Positions 56,402 to 64,000 of a DNA stretch of 64,000 nt are shown one piece after another (the stretch's first letter is position 1; each line of letters begins with the position of its first letter). The DNA comes from a virus (Duplodnaviria; Heunggongvirae; Uroviricota; Caudoviricetes). The notes beneath the pieces are model-generated. The model was not told where the DNA came from. It worked only from the letters and a program-made list of their open reading frames with translations, and ran no database searches. The position numbers were made by a program, and so were the translations under genes. The stretch lies in IMG/VR virus record IMGVR_UViG_3300037419_001521, one strand, 5' to 3'.

Positions 56402-57241
56402 ATGGACCTTCCCAGCATGCGAAATGCTATCAGCCGTCGTCGCACGGCCATCACCCCCTTCACCGATCTGTCCGGTATCGCGGAGCAGGCCGCCGGTCGC
56501 CTCGGAATCCAGGACAACCCCGCGCTGACCCTCGCGAAGTCCGACAACGAGATCGCACAGGACCGCCGCCTGGCCGAGGAGATCCGCACCCACGATCGCA
56601 ACGATGCCCGCGCCAGTGCCGAATCCGCTGCCCGCCGGGCTGCCAAGCGACGCAAGCTCGAAGAGCAGATCGAAGACATCGAACTCGCCGACGAGCTGGC
56701 CGCCCTTCAGGCGCGCGTGAACCACCGCCGGGCCGCCGACCCTCACGCTATGACCGCCGCCTTGCACCGGATGGGGAAGCGTCTACCCGGCGCGCTCATC
56801 GGTGTCGCGGTCGTCGGCACGCTGTGGTCGGGCGTCAACGTCCAGCACAACCTCTTCCCCGTCGCGAACTTCGCCGACCCCCTGTACTGGATTTCGTTCG
56901 GCTTCGAAGCCCTGATCTCGGTCCCGTTGATCGTCATCATGGCCACCACCGCTGTCGCCGCGAAGCACGGCCGTGAGGTCAACCGCCGCAAGGTGGTCCT
57001 TATCGAGGCGGCCCTGCTCGGCTTGTCGATCGCGCTGAACGTCGGTCCGCATATCGGCCACGGGCGGGAGATGCTGGAGTTCGGTCTCGCGCCGGTCATG
57101 GTCGCTGCGGCGGTGTGGCTGCACCCGTGGGTCTCCGGTATCTTCGCCGGTCTGATCGCCGACACCATGCCCGCCCCGGCGGACCGCGAGCTTCACCCCG
57201 TCGAGATCGCTCCCAACGGTGCGGAGATCGTCGCTGCTTGA
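56402..57241 (+). CDS. membrane protein (DUF2637-like)
   Basis: Basic coiled-coil N-terminus followed by 4-5 TM segments. Confidence 0.45.
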   Translation: MDLPSMRNAISRRRTAITPFTDLSGIAEQAAGRLGIQDNPALTLAKSDNEIAQDRRLAEEIRTHDRNDARASAESAARRAAKRRKLEEQIEDIELADELAALQARVNHRRAADPHAMTAALHRMGKRLPGALIGVAVVGTLWSGVNVQHNLFPVANFADPLYWISFGFEALISVPLIVIMATTAVAAKHGREVNRRKVVLIEAALLGLSIALNVGPHIGHGREMLEFGLAPVMVAAAVWLHPWVSGIFAGLIADTMPAPADRELHPVEIAPNGAEIVAA

Positions 57242-57403
57242 CTGCGCCCGGCCGGGAATCCTGACGACCAGGTGACTCGGCCGCGCCGCTCTCATTGCTC
57301 AGACCTCCTGGTGCGCGCTACATTTGCTGCACATCGGGAGGTTCTGACGTGGGGGGTTACGGCCGGTCGGTCACCACCGAAGACATCGAAGGAAGGCTTG
57401 CGC

Positions 57404-57814
57404 ATGATCGACCCCGCTTTGATCGACGAAGGGTACACGAAACTCGCTGCGGCGTCGCGCAGTCCGTGGTCTGTTGAGTACGACAGCGACGGCGACGAAT
57501 GCCGCGATTACGGGAGGTGGCCGTGCGAGATCGTCGGCCCGAAATCCACCTCCCCGTACGGTACAAATCGCGTGTCCGAGATCGCTGACATGACTCCTGC
57601 CGACGCCGAGCTGATCGCGTACATGCGCAACACCATCGCCGATCTGCTGGATACCGCCAGGACGCTCGAGCGTGTCCGCGAAGCGTTGAGCGACCACCCC
57701 CGCTGCGAGAAGCACCCCGACGACGACGAGGTCAAGTGCGGGTGGAAACGCGCCGTCGCCAGTGTGCAATTGGCGCTCGAGGAGGGTGATGATCAGCGCT
57801 CTCGTGCTGTATGA
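57404..57814 (+). CDS. hypothetical protein
   Basis: Start at the internal ATG after a GAAGGAAGG RBS. Confidence 0.4.
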   Translation: MIDPALIDEGYTKLAAASRSPWSVEYDSDGDECRDYGRWPCEIVGPKSTSPYGTNRVSEIADMTPADAELIAYMRNTIADLLDTARTLERVREALSDHPRCEKHPDDDEVKCGWKRAVASVQLALEEGDDQRSRAV

Positions 57815-58028
57815 ACGTCACACCGGCGAGCATCAAGTCTTCACGTTCGATGATCCGGGGGCGGCTACTCGGTGGCGACTATGGCTCGAAACCTGCCCGG
57901 ACTACATGTTCACCGGCCGGAATATCGAGATCGCGTCGTTGTCGTCGGACAGCCTGGCTACGATACGGCAGACGCACTCGCGGTATTTCTACGGCCGGGA
58001 GGCTGACTTGCTGTCTCGATACACCTAG
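57789..58028 (+). CDS. hypothetical protein
   Basis: GAGGAGG RBS. Confidence 0.4.
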   Translation: MISALVLYERHTGEHQVFTFDDPGAATRWRLWLETCPDYMFTGRNIEIASLSSDSLATIRQTHSRYFYGREADLLSRYT

Positions 58029-58053
58029 GCGGGATTGATCGAATGTACGAGTC

Positions 58054-58437
58054 ATGACTTTCTACAACCGTGAAGGAAAAGAGATCTCGCTGCTGGAATG
58101 GGGGAGGTTGTGCGAAACGACGTCGTATCGGTTCATCGAACATGCCGTCGTTGTCGATAACGCGCGTCCGAGCCGGGGGTTTCAGGTCACCACGATCTGG
58201 CTGGGCAACGACGATGAAACCGACCCCTCCGGCATGCCGCTGATCTTCGAAACGATGGTATTTCGCCTTCGCCACGACGGTAAGCACTCGGTATTCGAAG
58301 CGCGGTATCGAACTGAAGCCCAGGCTCGCAGGGGGCACGAAAAGGTGCTCGCTGAAGTCGTCGGCGACATGAAAGAGCCCGTGGTGTCGTATCCGCTCGC
58401 GCCGTGGGTGCCGGAATTCAGCAATCAGGACATATAG
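58054..58437 (+). CDS. hypothetical protein
   Basis: 127 aa. Confidence 0.45.
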   Translation: MTFYNREGKEISLLEWGRLCETTSYRFIEHAVVVDNARPSRGFQVTTIWLGNDDETDPSGMPLIFETMVFRLRHDGKHSVFEARYRTEAQARRGHEKVLAEVVGDMKEPVVSYPLAPWVPEFSNQDI

Positions 58438-58445
58438 GAGAAATA

Positions 58446-58652
58446 GTGAGTAAGTGGCTTGTGACGTTCGAAATGCTCGGCGGCCTGGGGAGCGTGCGGA
58501 TCGATCGGGATTCCGTGGTGGCGCTGGAGCGGGAGGCCGGTAAGGCTACAACCATCGCCTTGGCGAGCGGTCACAGCTACAGCGTCGCCGGGTATATCGA
58601 CGAGGTGGAGAAGAAGCTTGGGTTCTCATCCGGCGAGAACAGCGGCTCGTGA
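58446..58652 (+). CDS. small hypothetical protein
   Basis: GTG start after an AGGAG RBS. Confidence 0.4.
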   Translation: MSKWLVTFEMLGGLGSVRIDRDSVVALEREAGKATTIALASGHSYSVAGYIDEVEKKLGFSSGENSGS

Positions 58653-59023
58653 TCGTTGAGTATCTGATCAAGCGCTGGCCGGACGTATTCGATGAGACGC
58701 CAAAGCAGCGCGAAGCCAACATTGCCGCCGGGGGCATGAAGCCGGACTGGATGACATGGGAAGAGTGGTGCGATCCCAGCCGTCCGGGTTTGTTCGACAG
58801 GGAATGCCATTGGTACGACGACCCGAAGTACGTCCGCTGCCGCCCGGAGTGGTGTAGTGGCGCTCTCGACCATGATCACCGGCCGCACATCATCCGGTGG
58901 TACTGGGCTTCGCCGCTGAGCTGGATACTGCCGCCGCTCTACTTCATGCGGCAAGGTGCATCCGCCGGGCTGGCCTTCGCAATAACTCTCGGAAATAAGA
59001 AGTCTTCGAATGACCGAAGATGA
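58649..59023 (+). CDS. hypothetical Trp/Cys-rich protein
   Basis: GTGA overlap. Confidence 0.4.
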   Translation: MIVEYLIKRWPDVFDETPKQREANIAAGGMKPDWMTWEEWCDPSRPGLFDRECHWYDDPKYVRCRPEWCSGALDHDHRPHIIRWYWASPLSWILPPLYFMRQGASAGLAFAITLGNKKSSNDRR

Positions 59024-59189
59024 TCTCAGCGGGTTGTCGTACAAAGAGCGCCGCGACCTCTTGTTTGCGCGGGACACGCCTGATGACGTGCTCGACCAAC
59101 TTCAGTTCACCGACGAAGAGACGTGGCGTTTTCTGGACGATCTTGCCGAACTATGGAGAAAGAACGGACTTCCGATAAATGGCGAGTAG
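59010..59189 (+). CDS. small acidic protein (59 aa)
   Basis: Protein-like. Overlaps its neighbours. Confidence 0.3.
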   Translation: MTEDDLSGLSYKERRDLLFARDTPDDVLDQLQFTDEETWRFLDDLAELWRKNGLPINGE

Positions 59190-59424
59190 CGCGGATGCGG
59201 GAGATATTGTGCGGACCAGGGGGCTGCGGTCTATGTCGGTCCACGTCATGGTCGATAATCACGCCGAAGTCCTCCGGATGGTCGAGTGGATGGCTAAAAT
59301 CGAGGTATTCGGCGTCTATGCGGAACCGATTCCCAACATGGAAGCCTGGGGGGTCTATTGGTACGCCCCGGATCTCGAAGGATATCAGCGTCTCGTCCAG
59401 TACGTAGCTTCTTGGAATGGGTGA
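59179..59424 (+). CDS. hypothetical protein
   Basis: 81 aa. Confidence 0.4.
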   Translation: MASSADAGDIVRTRGLRSMSVHVMVDNHAEVLRMVEWMAKIEVFGVYAEPIPNMEAWGVYWYAPDLEGYQRLVQYVASWNG

Positions 59425-59427
59425 ATA

Positions 59428-59718
59428 ATGAGCACAGTAGACCGTCGCGAGATCGTCCGGCGGCGAATGGAGTTCGTCATCAAGGGTCGGGGCTGGGGTG
59501 AAAATTCTGCCGTGGTCGGTGACGTGGAACAAGCGATCATGGACGCCCGCGCTATATATCAAGAGGTGGTCGGCGGCAAAACCGACACGGACGACTGGCT
59601 GCGTGTCACATGGGCGGATGACGAATTGATATTCTGGTTCGAAGTAGACGAACGGGTTGCCCAGCGGATCGACGAGCGAATCGAGGAGCTTATGAAACAG
59701 AGTAGGGGCAACGCGTGA
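59428..59718 (+). CDS. hypothetical protein
   Basis: 96 aa. Confidence 0.4.
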   Translation: MSTVDRREIVRRRMEFVIKGRGWGENSAVVGDVEQAIMDARAIYQEVVGGKTDTDDWLRVTWADDELIFWFEVDERVAQRIDERIEELMKQSRGNA

Positions 59719-60038
59719 TCAAGCCGGAGAATATCCTCAGCGTCGACCAGTTGTACGAACTCCGTGAAGCGTTCATGCATTCGTACGAAGCGGGGCGGTT
59801 CCCCGAAGACATCCCCGAGTGAATCGAAAACTTCACCGATGGTGACGGCGGGATCACCAACCTGATCGACCTGGCGAATCATTACTTGGCCCAGCGAGAC
59901 GAAGCGATCAAGCTGCTGGAGTACGCGATGCATTTACGGATGCACGGAGAATGCGCCCCCGGCGGCAACGAGACCTGGCGAGAATTCGATACCCGAAATG
60001 AGACGTTCCTCCGCGCGGTGTGGGGCGACGAAGAATGA
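59715..60038 (+). pseudogene. ORF interrupted by an in-frame TGA at 59820-59822 (35 aa plus 72 protein-like codons in the same frame)
   Basis: VIKPENILSVDQLYELREAFMHSYEAGRFPEDIPE-stop-IENFTDGDGGITNLIDLANHYLAQRDEAIKLLEYAMHLRMHGECAPGG... Both halves read as non-repetitive protein-like sequence. Confidence 0.35.
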
Positions 60039-60057
60039 AGAACGGAAAGTCCAGCAA

Positions 60058-60483
60058 GTGACCATCAATGAATCCATCAGGTCCCGGCTCTCCAACGGGA
60101 AGTTCCGCACAGCTCAGATATACGCGGAAGCCGACTCTCGGCTGACTCACGAAGAGCGCGACCTTATCCGTTCTCTCGATATGGCTTTCGGCAATTCCGG
60201 CGTCATCGGGGGTGCCTTCGCGGATATCTTGAGCGCGGCCGTGGCACATCTGCTTCGCGGGCAGGACGACGAACGGCTCGACGAGTTCAGGCAGGAAGTC
60301 AGCAATCGGCTCGCGGTCGGTGATCTTCAGGATTATGCATTGCCGGTTACAGATGCGCCGGTGATTGTGGCCCTGGACGAGGAGCCGCTGTCGGTGGTAC
60401 TTACCCGGATCAGATCCGCTGGCGGTCGCGTAAATCTGTTCGTCGAAGGGCAGGACTTCCCGCTCGCAGTGGATTGGCGTTGA
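60058..60483 (+). CDS. hypothetical protein
   Basis: GTG 60058 avoids overlap with the upstream frame. Alternative ATG at 59998. Confidence 0.4.
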   Translation: MTINESIRSRLSNGKFRTAQIYAEADSRLTHEERDLIRSLDMAFGNSGVIGGAFADILSAAVAHLLRGQDDERLDEFRQEVSNRLAVGDLQDYALPVTDAPVIVALDEEPLSVVLTRIRSAGGRVNLFVEGQDFPLAVDWR

Positions 60484-60656
60484 TGCGCGACATCGCGGAC
60501 ACCCTTGCATTTCTGGCATGTCGGGAACTTTCGGATCGCAAAATCGAGGTTCCCGACATGAAAGAACTGCGGGGGGCTATGGTCGAAAAGTTTCAATACG
60601 TGCTCGAGAATCTGCCCGAAGACTGGGCGAAAAACAACGAGCTTGACAACGAGTAG
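60483..60656 (+). CDS. small hypothetical protein
   Basis: TGATG overlap. Confidence 0.35.
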   Translation: MRDIADTLAFLACRELSDRKIEVPDMKELRGAMVEKFQYVLENLPEDWAKNNELDNE

Positions 60657-60710
60657 ACTGCTATATTGAGCGTCTAGCTGGGGGCTTCAGTTCATACGGA
60701 GGGAATCGTC

Positions 60711-62876
60711 GTGGTCTACGACATCGAAGAAATCATCGTGCGCCGGACGTTGCGGGTACCGGTTCCCGAGGGTCCGTTCGGCGACGGCAGGGCGGTGGCC
60801 CGTCAGTTCGATGTCGCCCTCATGGACGCCGGGTACAAGCTGTCGGACGATCTGTTCGCGAAGCTGTCCTACCTCGAGCCGGGTGTGGCGATCGATCTCG
60901 CGGTGCGCACCCTGGCTACGGTCCGGAAGATGGTCGGTGATCACGTCAAGCACAACGTGTATTTCATCGACTTCCCGAAGAATGTCCCGGACACCTACGA
61001 GTTCTGGACCGACTGCCTGATCAACGCCCTTCTCGTAGGGGAAACAGCCGCGTATGTCGCCGGTGAGACGGTGACGTTCGGGGCGGTGAACCTGCTGAGC
61101 TTGCCGGATTACGGCCGGTACCGTCACAGCTACTACGAAATGCTCGAGCGTCACGGCGAGTTCATCCGGTCGGCCGGGGATCGCGTGACGGTGTTGCAGG
61201 CCGGTCAGCCGATCGATTTCGAGGCCCGGGACTTGTACCTGAAGATGGCGGCGGCGACGGTTCCCGGTAACGATCAGGACCGCGAAGACCTCCGCAAGCT
61301 CGCGTACGGGCAGGCGTTCGATTTCGTTCAGCCGCAGACCATCCCCGTCCGGGAGAACCGCGCGCTGATCAACGAGGTCCGCGTCGAACTCGGCGTAGAT
61401 CCGTTGGTGGATACCGTCACTGACGTTTTGCGGCTGGCCTGCGCACTGTCGGGCGGGGACGTCACGCTCGTCGAGCACACCCGGTTCAAGTCGTTCAACC
61501 GCCGGACCCGCAAGGTGCTGCTGAAGGCGTTGCACGACATCGTTTCCGCGAAGCAGACCGCACTCGGGGATGTCAACCGGTACGCCGAACGATGGAAGCG
61601 CCTCGGTGGTCTCCTGCACCCGAACGAGCACCCGAAGCTGACCGGGGCCGTCAAGGTGTTCGCCGCTGCGCGAGGCGACGGTAAGATCCATTCGACTGCT
61701 TCGCTGTTCGAGCAGACCGTCGATTCAGGTGATCCGCTGGCGGCGGCGATGCTTCTGCGGCTTCTGGCTCCGGGGATGTTGCACCGCGCGGCGGATCAGT
61801 TGTTGCGCCTCGGGCCGGATGCGGATATCCAGCTGAAGACCGCACTCGAGATCGTCGATGCCGCAGACAGTGTGTCGGGGCGGGTGCTGTTCTCGCTGCG
61901 GCAGCACGTCATGAATCGCCTCGAGCGTTCGACCGGCAAGCGACTGTTCGTCAATCAGAGCGGCCGGGGTGTGGTGCGTCGGGATGCTCGCGGTCCGATC
62001 TCGAAGCCTGTTTTGCAGTACCTGGCGCACGCTCTGGACGCCAAAATCCGCGATCGGGTATTCGACGGCCGCCGGTGGGTGATCGATCCGGCTGCGAGCG
62101 GTATAGCCCTTCCGATTTCCGGGAAGACGATCGCGGGTGGCGTCGGCACGCTGCCGCGCGGTTCGGTCCTACCGGTGGACGCCGAGACGCTGCGGTTCTT
62201 CATGTATTGGCACCAGACGAGCCAGCACACCGATTACGACTTGTCTGCGTTGATGCTGACCGACGAATTCGGCTACGACGGCCACGTGTCGTGGACCAAT
62301 TACGGTCGGGGCGGCTGGGCGAAGTACTCCGGTGATATCACCAATGCCCCGCACGGCGCGAGCGAGTTTATCGACATCAACCTCCGGAAGGCTCCGTGCA
62401 GCGTGGTCGTTCCGCAGGTGCACATCTATTCCGGCGAGGGCTTCGATGAAGTGAAGGAGTCGTTCTTCGGATTCATGCTGCGCGACAGCAGCCAGGAGGG
62501 TGCACCGTTCGAGCCGCGTACCGTCCGCATGAAGTCCGAGCTTCGCGGGGCCGGTCGGGTGGCGATGCCGATGATGTTCAACCATGACGAGGATTGGAAC
62601 TGGCAGGCGGTGTGGCTGAACCTGACCATCGCCGGTCGGGAGTCGTGGAATAGCCGCAACCAGCTGGAGAGCAGCCGGGCCACGACCAAGGACATCATCA
62701 AAGCGATTGCCACCCAGAAGTACCTCACCGTGGGGTATCTCGCGGATCTGGCCGGGCGTGACGAGGTGGTCCGGGAAGAGCCGGTGGTGTACGTCGGATT
62801 CGAAGCGCCGGACAACCTCCCGGAGGGCAGCACTGTGATCACACTCACAAATCTTGCTGACCTGATTCCCGCTTAG
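60711..62876 (+). CDS. large hypothetical protein (721 aa)
   Basis: GTG start 6 nt after a GGAGGG RBS. The C-terminal roughly 200 aa (YWHQTSQHTDYDLS...SGDITNAPHGASEFIDINL) could be TerD-like. I cannot assign the family. Confidence 0.5.
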   Translation: MVYDIEEIIVRRTLRVPVPEGPFGDGRAVARQFDVALMDAGYKLSDDLFAKLSYLEPGVAIDLAVRTLATVRKMVGDHVKHNVYFIDFPKNVPDTYEFWTDCLINALLVGETAAYVAGETVTFGAVNLLSLPDYGRYRHSYYEMLERHGEFIRSAGDRVTVLQAGQPIDFEARDLYLKMAAATVPGNDQDREDLRKLAYGQAFDFVQPQTIPVRENRALINEVRVELGVDPLVDTVTDVLRLACALSGGDVTLVEHTRFKSFNRRTRKVLLKALHDIVSAKQTALGDVNRYAERWKRLGGLLHPNEHPKLTGAVKVFAAARGDGKIHSTASLFEQTVDSGDPLAAAMLLRLLAPGMLHRAADQLLRLGPDADIQLKTALEIVDAADSVSGRVLFSLRQHVMNRLERSTGKRLFVNQSGRGVVRRDARGPISKPVLQYLAHALDAKIRDRVFDGRRWVIDPAASGIALPISGKTIAGGVGTLPRGSVLPVDAETLRFFMYWHQTSQHTDYDLSALMLTDEFGYDGHVSWTNYGRGGWAKYSGDITNAPHGASEFIDINLRKAPCSVVVPQVHIYSGEGFDEVKESFFGFMLRDSSQEGAPFEPRTVRMKSELRGAGRVAMPMMFNHDEDWNWQAVWLNLTIAGRESWNSRNQLESSRATTKDIIKAIATQKYLTVGYLADLAGRDEVVREEPVVYVGFEAPDNLPEGSTVITLTNLADLIPA

Positions 62877-62976
62877 CCCGTGCTATTCTAGACGAGCGAG
62901 GCCATGGAGAAGCTTCCTTCTATACTTCATTTGGCGAAAAATCAGCGTCTCCGCCTTCCTCGCACCGTCATCGAGA

Positions 62977-63014
62977 AAACCCCGGGTTCTTTGTCCGAGA
63001 CTCGGGGTTTTTTC
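62977..63014 (+). terminator. intrinsic terminator after the 721-aa gene
   Basis: AAAACCCCGGG...CCGAGACTCGGGGTTTTTTC. Confidence 0.6.
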
Positions 63015-63083
63015 GGCTCCGTACCACGAATGAGAATGCCGCCGGTCGGCTCCTGGCAGAGATTTCAGTCCGGCGGCAGGCAC

Positions 63084-63129
63084 AAAAAAACCCCCGAAGC
63101 TGCACGTGAGCCTCGGGGGTTTTTGTTTT
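63084..63129. terminator. bidirectional terminator
   Basis: A7-CCCCCGAAG...CCTCGGGGG-TTTTTGTTTTG. The A-tract and T-tract flank a GC stem. Serves convergent genes. Confidence 0.6.
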
Positions 63130-63149
63130 GTCCGGAATCGGCCGGGGGG

Positions 63150-63764
63150 CTAGATCGTGAAGGTGGACGACTGCTCGGGGAGCTGGACATCGCAAACGAT
63201 CTGCTCACCGCGTTGTGCGTGGTTTCTGAAGAACCAAGCATGCCCGTCGCGGACCCCTCGAGCGATTGTGCGCTGTTCGGTTTCGACAACCGCCGGTTCC
63301 TTGCCCTTGGCGGCCTTCACGACGTCGCGGGTAATCCCGTGGACGTCCCAGGTGACGTCGCGGACCGGGCCGCTGCGCTTGTTCCACAGTTCGACGACAC
63401 CGGGGCCGAACTCCGCGCGCAGCGCTTTGAACAGCCGCTCTTGTGCTTCCTCTTCGGTGATGTCGGGGAAGAACAGTGTCGAGGAGATCTTGACACCGCA
63501 GGTGCGAATCGCCGCGTACTCCTCACCGTTGTCGTCGGCGACGTAGATCGAGTCCGGCTTGTAATGCGACTCGGTGCCGTAGATCGTCTTGACGCAGAAA
63601 GACTGCCGCTCGCGGTAATAGTCGTCGCCGCCTTTGAGGTGACCGGGAGTCAGGACGGGGCCATAGAATTCCGGTGCCGGGACGTAGACCAGGTCTTCCG
63701 GCGTGAGGGTTTCGATTTCCCCTTCGTTCAGCACGCGAGCCGTGATGGAACCGAACTGGGTCAT
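63150..63764 (-). CDS. hypothetical protein (204 aa), leftward and convergent with the 721-aa gene
   Basis: ATG after a GGAAGAAGGAAT RBS. No motif recognised. Confidence 0.5.
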   Translation of the reverse strand: MTQFGSITARVLNEGEIETLTPEDLVYVPAPEFYGPVLTPGHLKGGDDYYRERQSFCVKTIYGTESHYKPDSIYVADDNGEEYAAIRTCGVKISSTLFFPDITEEEAQERLFKALRAEFGPGVVELWNKRSGPVRDVTWDVHGITRDVVKAAKGKEPAVVETEQRTIARGVRDGHAWFFRNHAQRGEQIVCDVQLPEQSSTFTI

Positions 63765-63942
63765 GATATTCCTTCTTCCTGAAACGAGGGCTTCTCGCTT
63801 CTTTCTTTGTGGACGCAGCATCGAGGGCTTCTCGACTCTGCGCAGGTCTAGCGTAATGCGCTGCCCCGTTATTAGCAAGCGAAAGAAATTTACCGTTACC
63901 GAGAGTTACTATTACATAAACAATCAAATCTTGGAACGGTAA

Positions 63943-64000
63943 ATGGATTACTTCGAAGACGGTATTCACAAGGTCGAGGCCGATCGCCTGCGGGCCATTC
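63943..64000 (+). CDS. start of a rightward gene (runs off the window)
   Basis: ATG 63943 (MDYFEDGIHKVEADRLRAI...) directly after the AT-rich region. Confidence 0.3.
   Translation, partial: MDYFEDGIHKVEADRLRAI

Noticed and set aside
60711-62876. Ro60/TROVE identity for the 721-aa protein (with the hairpin array as Y-RNA-like genes)
   Set aside because: No vWA MIDAS (DxSxS) or recognisable TROVE motifs, and the array is about 48 kb away. This is speculative only.
62904-63782. 292-aa plus-strand ORF
   Set aside because: It is antisense to the better-supported minus-strand gene 63150-63764 and runs through two terminators.
55724-64000. Reading the DNA right of int/attP as host flank (prophage junction)
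   Set aside because: The downstream genes remain phage-like (tiny overlapping ORFs, zinc ribbons, DUF2637-like), so int-attP appears to be internal to the phage genome. An integrated prophage cannot be fully excluded without the flanking sequence.

Overview
This window looks like about 64 kb of a temperate, siphovirus-like actinobacteriophage or prophage from a high-GC (roughly 60-65%) Actinobacterium. The LGFP-repeat endolysin points to Corynebacteriales (Gordonia, Rhodococcus, Nocardia, Mycobacterium and relatives) as the likely host. The order is:
- 13-3111: C-terminal 1032 aa of the tape measure protein.
- 3190-8834: distal and minor tail genes with two inserted non-structural genes.
- 8831-11739: lysis cassette, with an amidase plus LGFP endolysin that may carry a signal-arrest-release (SAR) N-terminus, a C39-like peptidase and holin-like proteins.
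- 11751-12940: a 1.2-kb non-coding tandem array of seven stem-loop terminators, five of them followed by an extended -10 promoter.
- 13975-15092: Lsr2-like and histone-tail-like DNA-binding proteins.
- 15210-21100: a 5.9-kb leftward-transcribed accessory block (secreted peptide, membrane proteins, a paralogue pair, an IS110-like HhH protein).
- 24042-26486: an immunity-like region with an XRE/DUF5753 plus DUF397 (WhiJ/BldB-like) pair and two divergent HTH genes flanking perfect 22-bp tandem repeats.
- 26531-54359: about 90 small rightward early genes with pervasive ATGA/GTGA start-stop overlaps. Recognisable ones are WhiB-like, a four-member paralogue family, an SPFH/band-7 protein, a Cas4/RecB-like nuclease, two metallophosphoesterases, a nucleotidyltransferase, a primase-polymerase/helicase, endonuclease VII and NrdF.
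- 54423-56018: excisionase, tyrosine integrase and an attP with arm-type repeats.
- 56402-64000: right-arm genes, including a 721-aa protein and a divergent gene with bidirectional terminators.
I found no tRNA, rRNA or CRISPR. All functional calls rest on motifs I recognised by eye. Start codons for the small genes are inferred from stop/start overlaps and the ORF table, so they are approximate.
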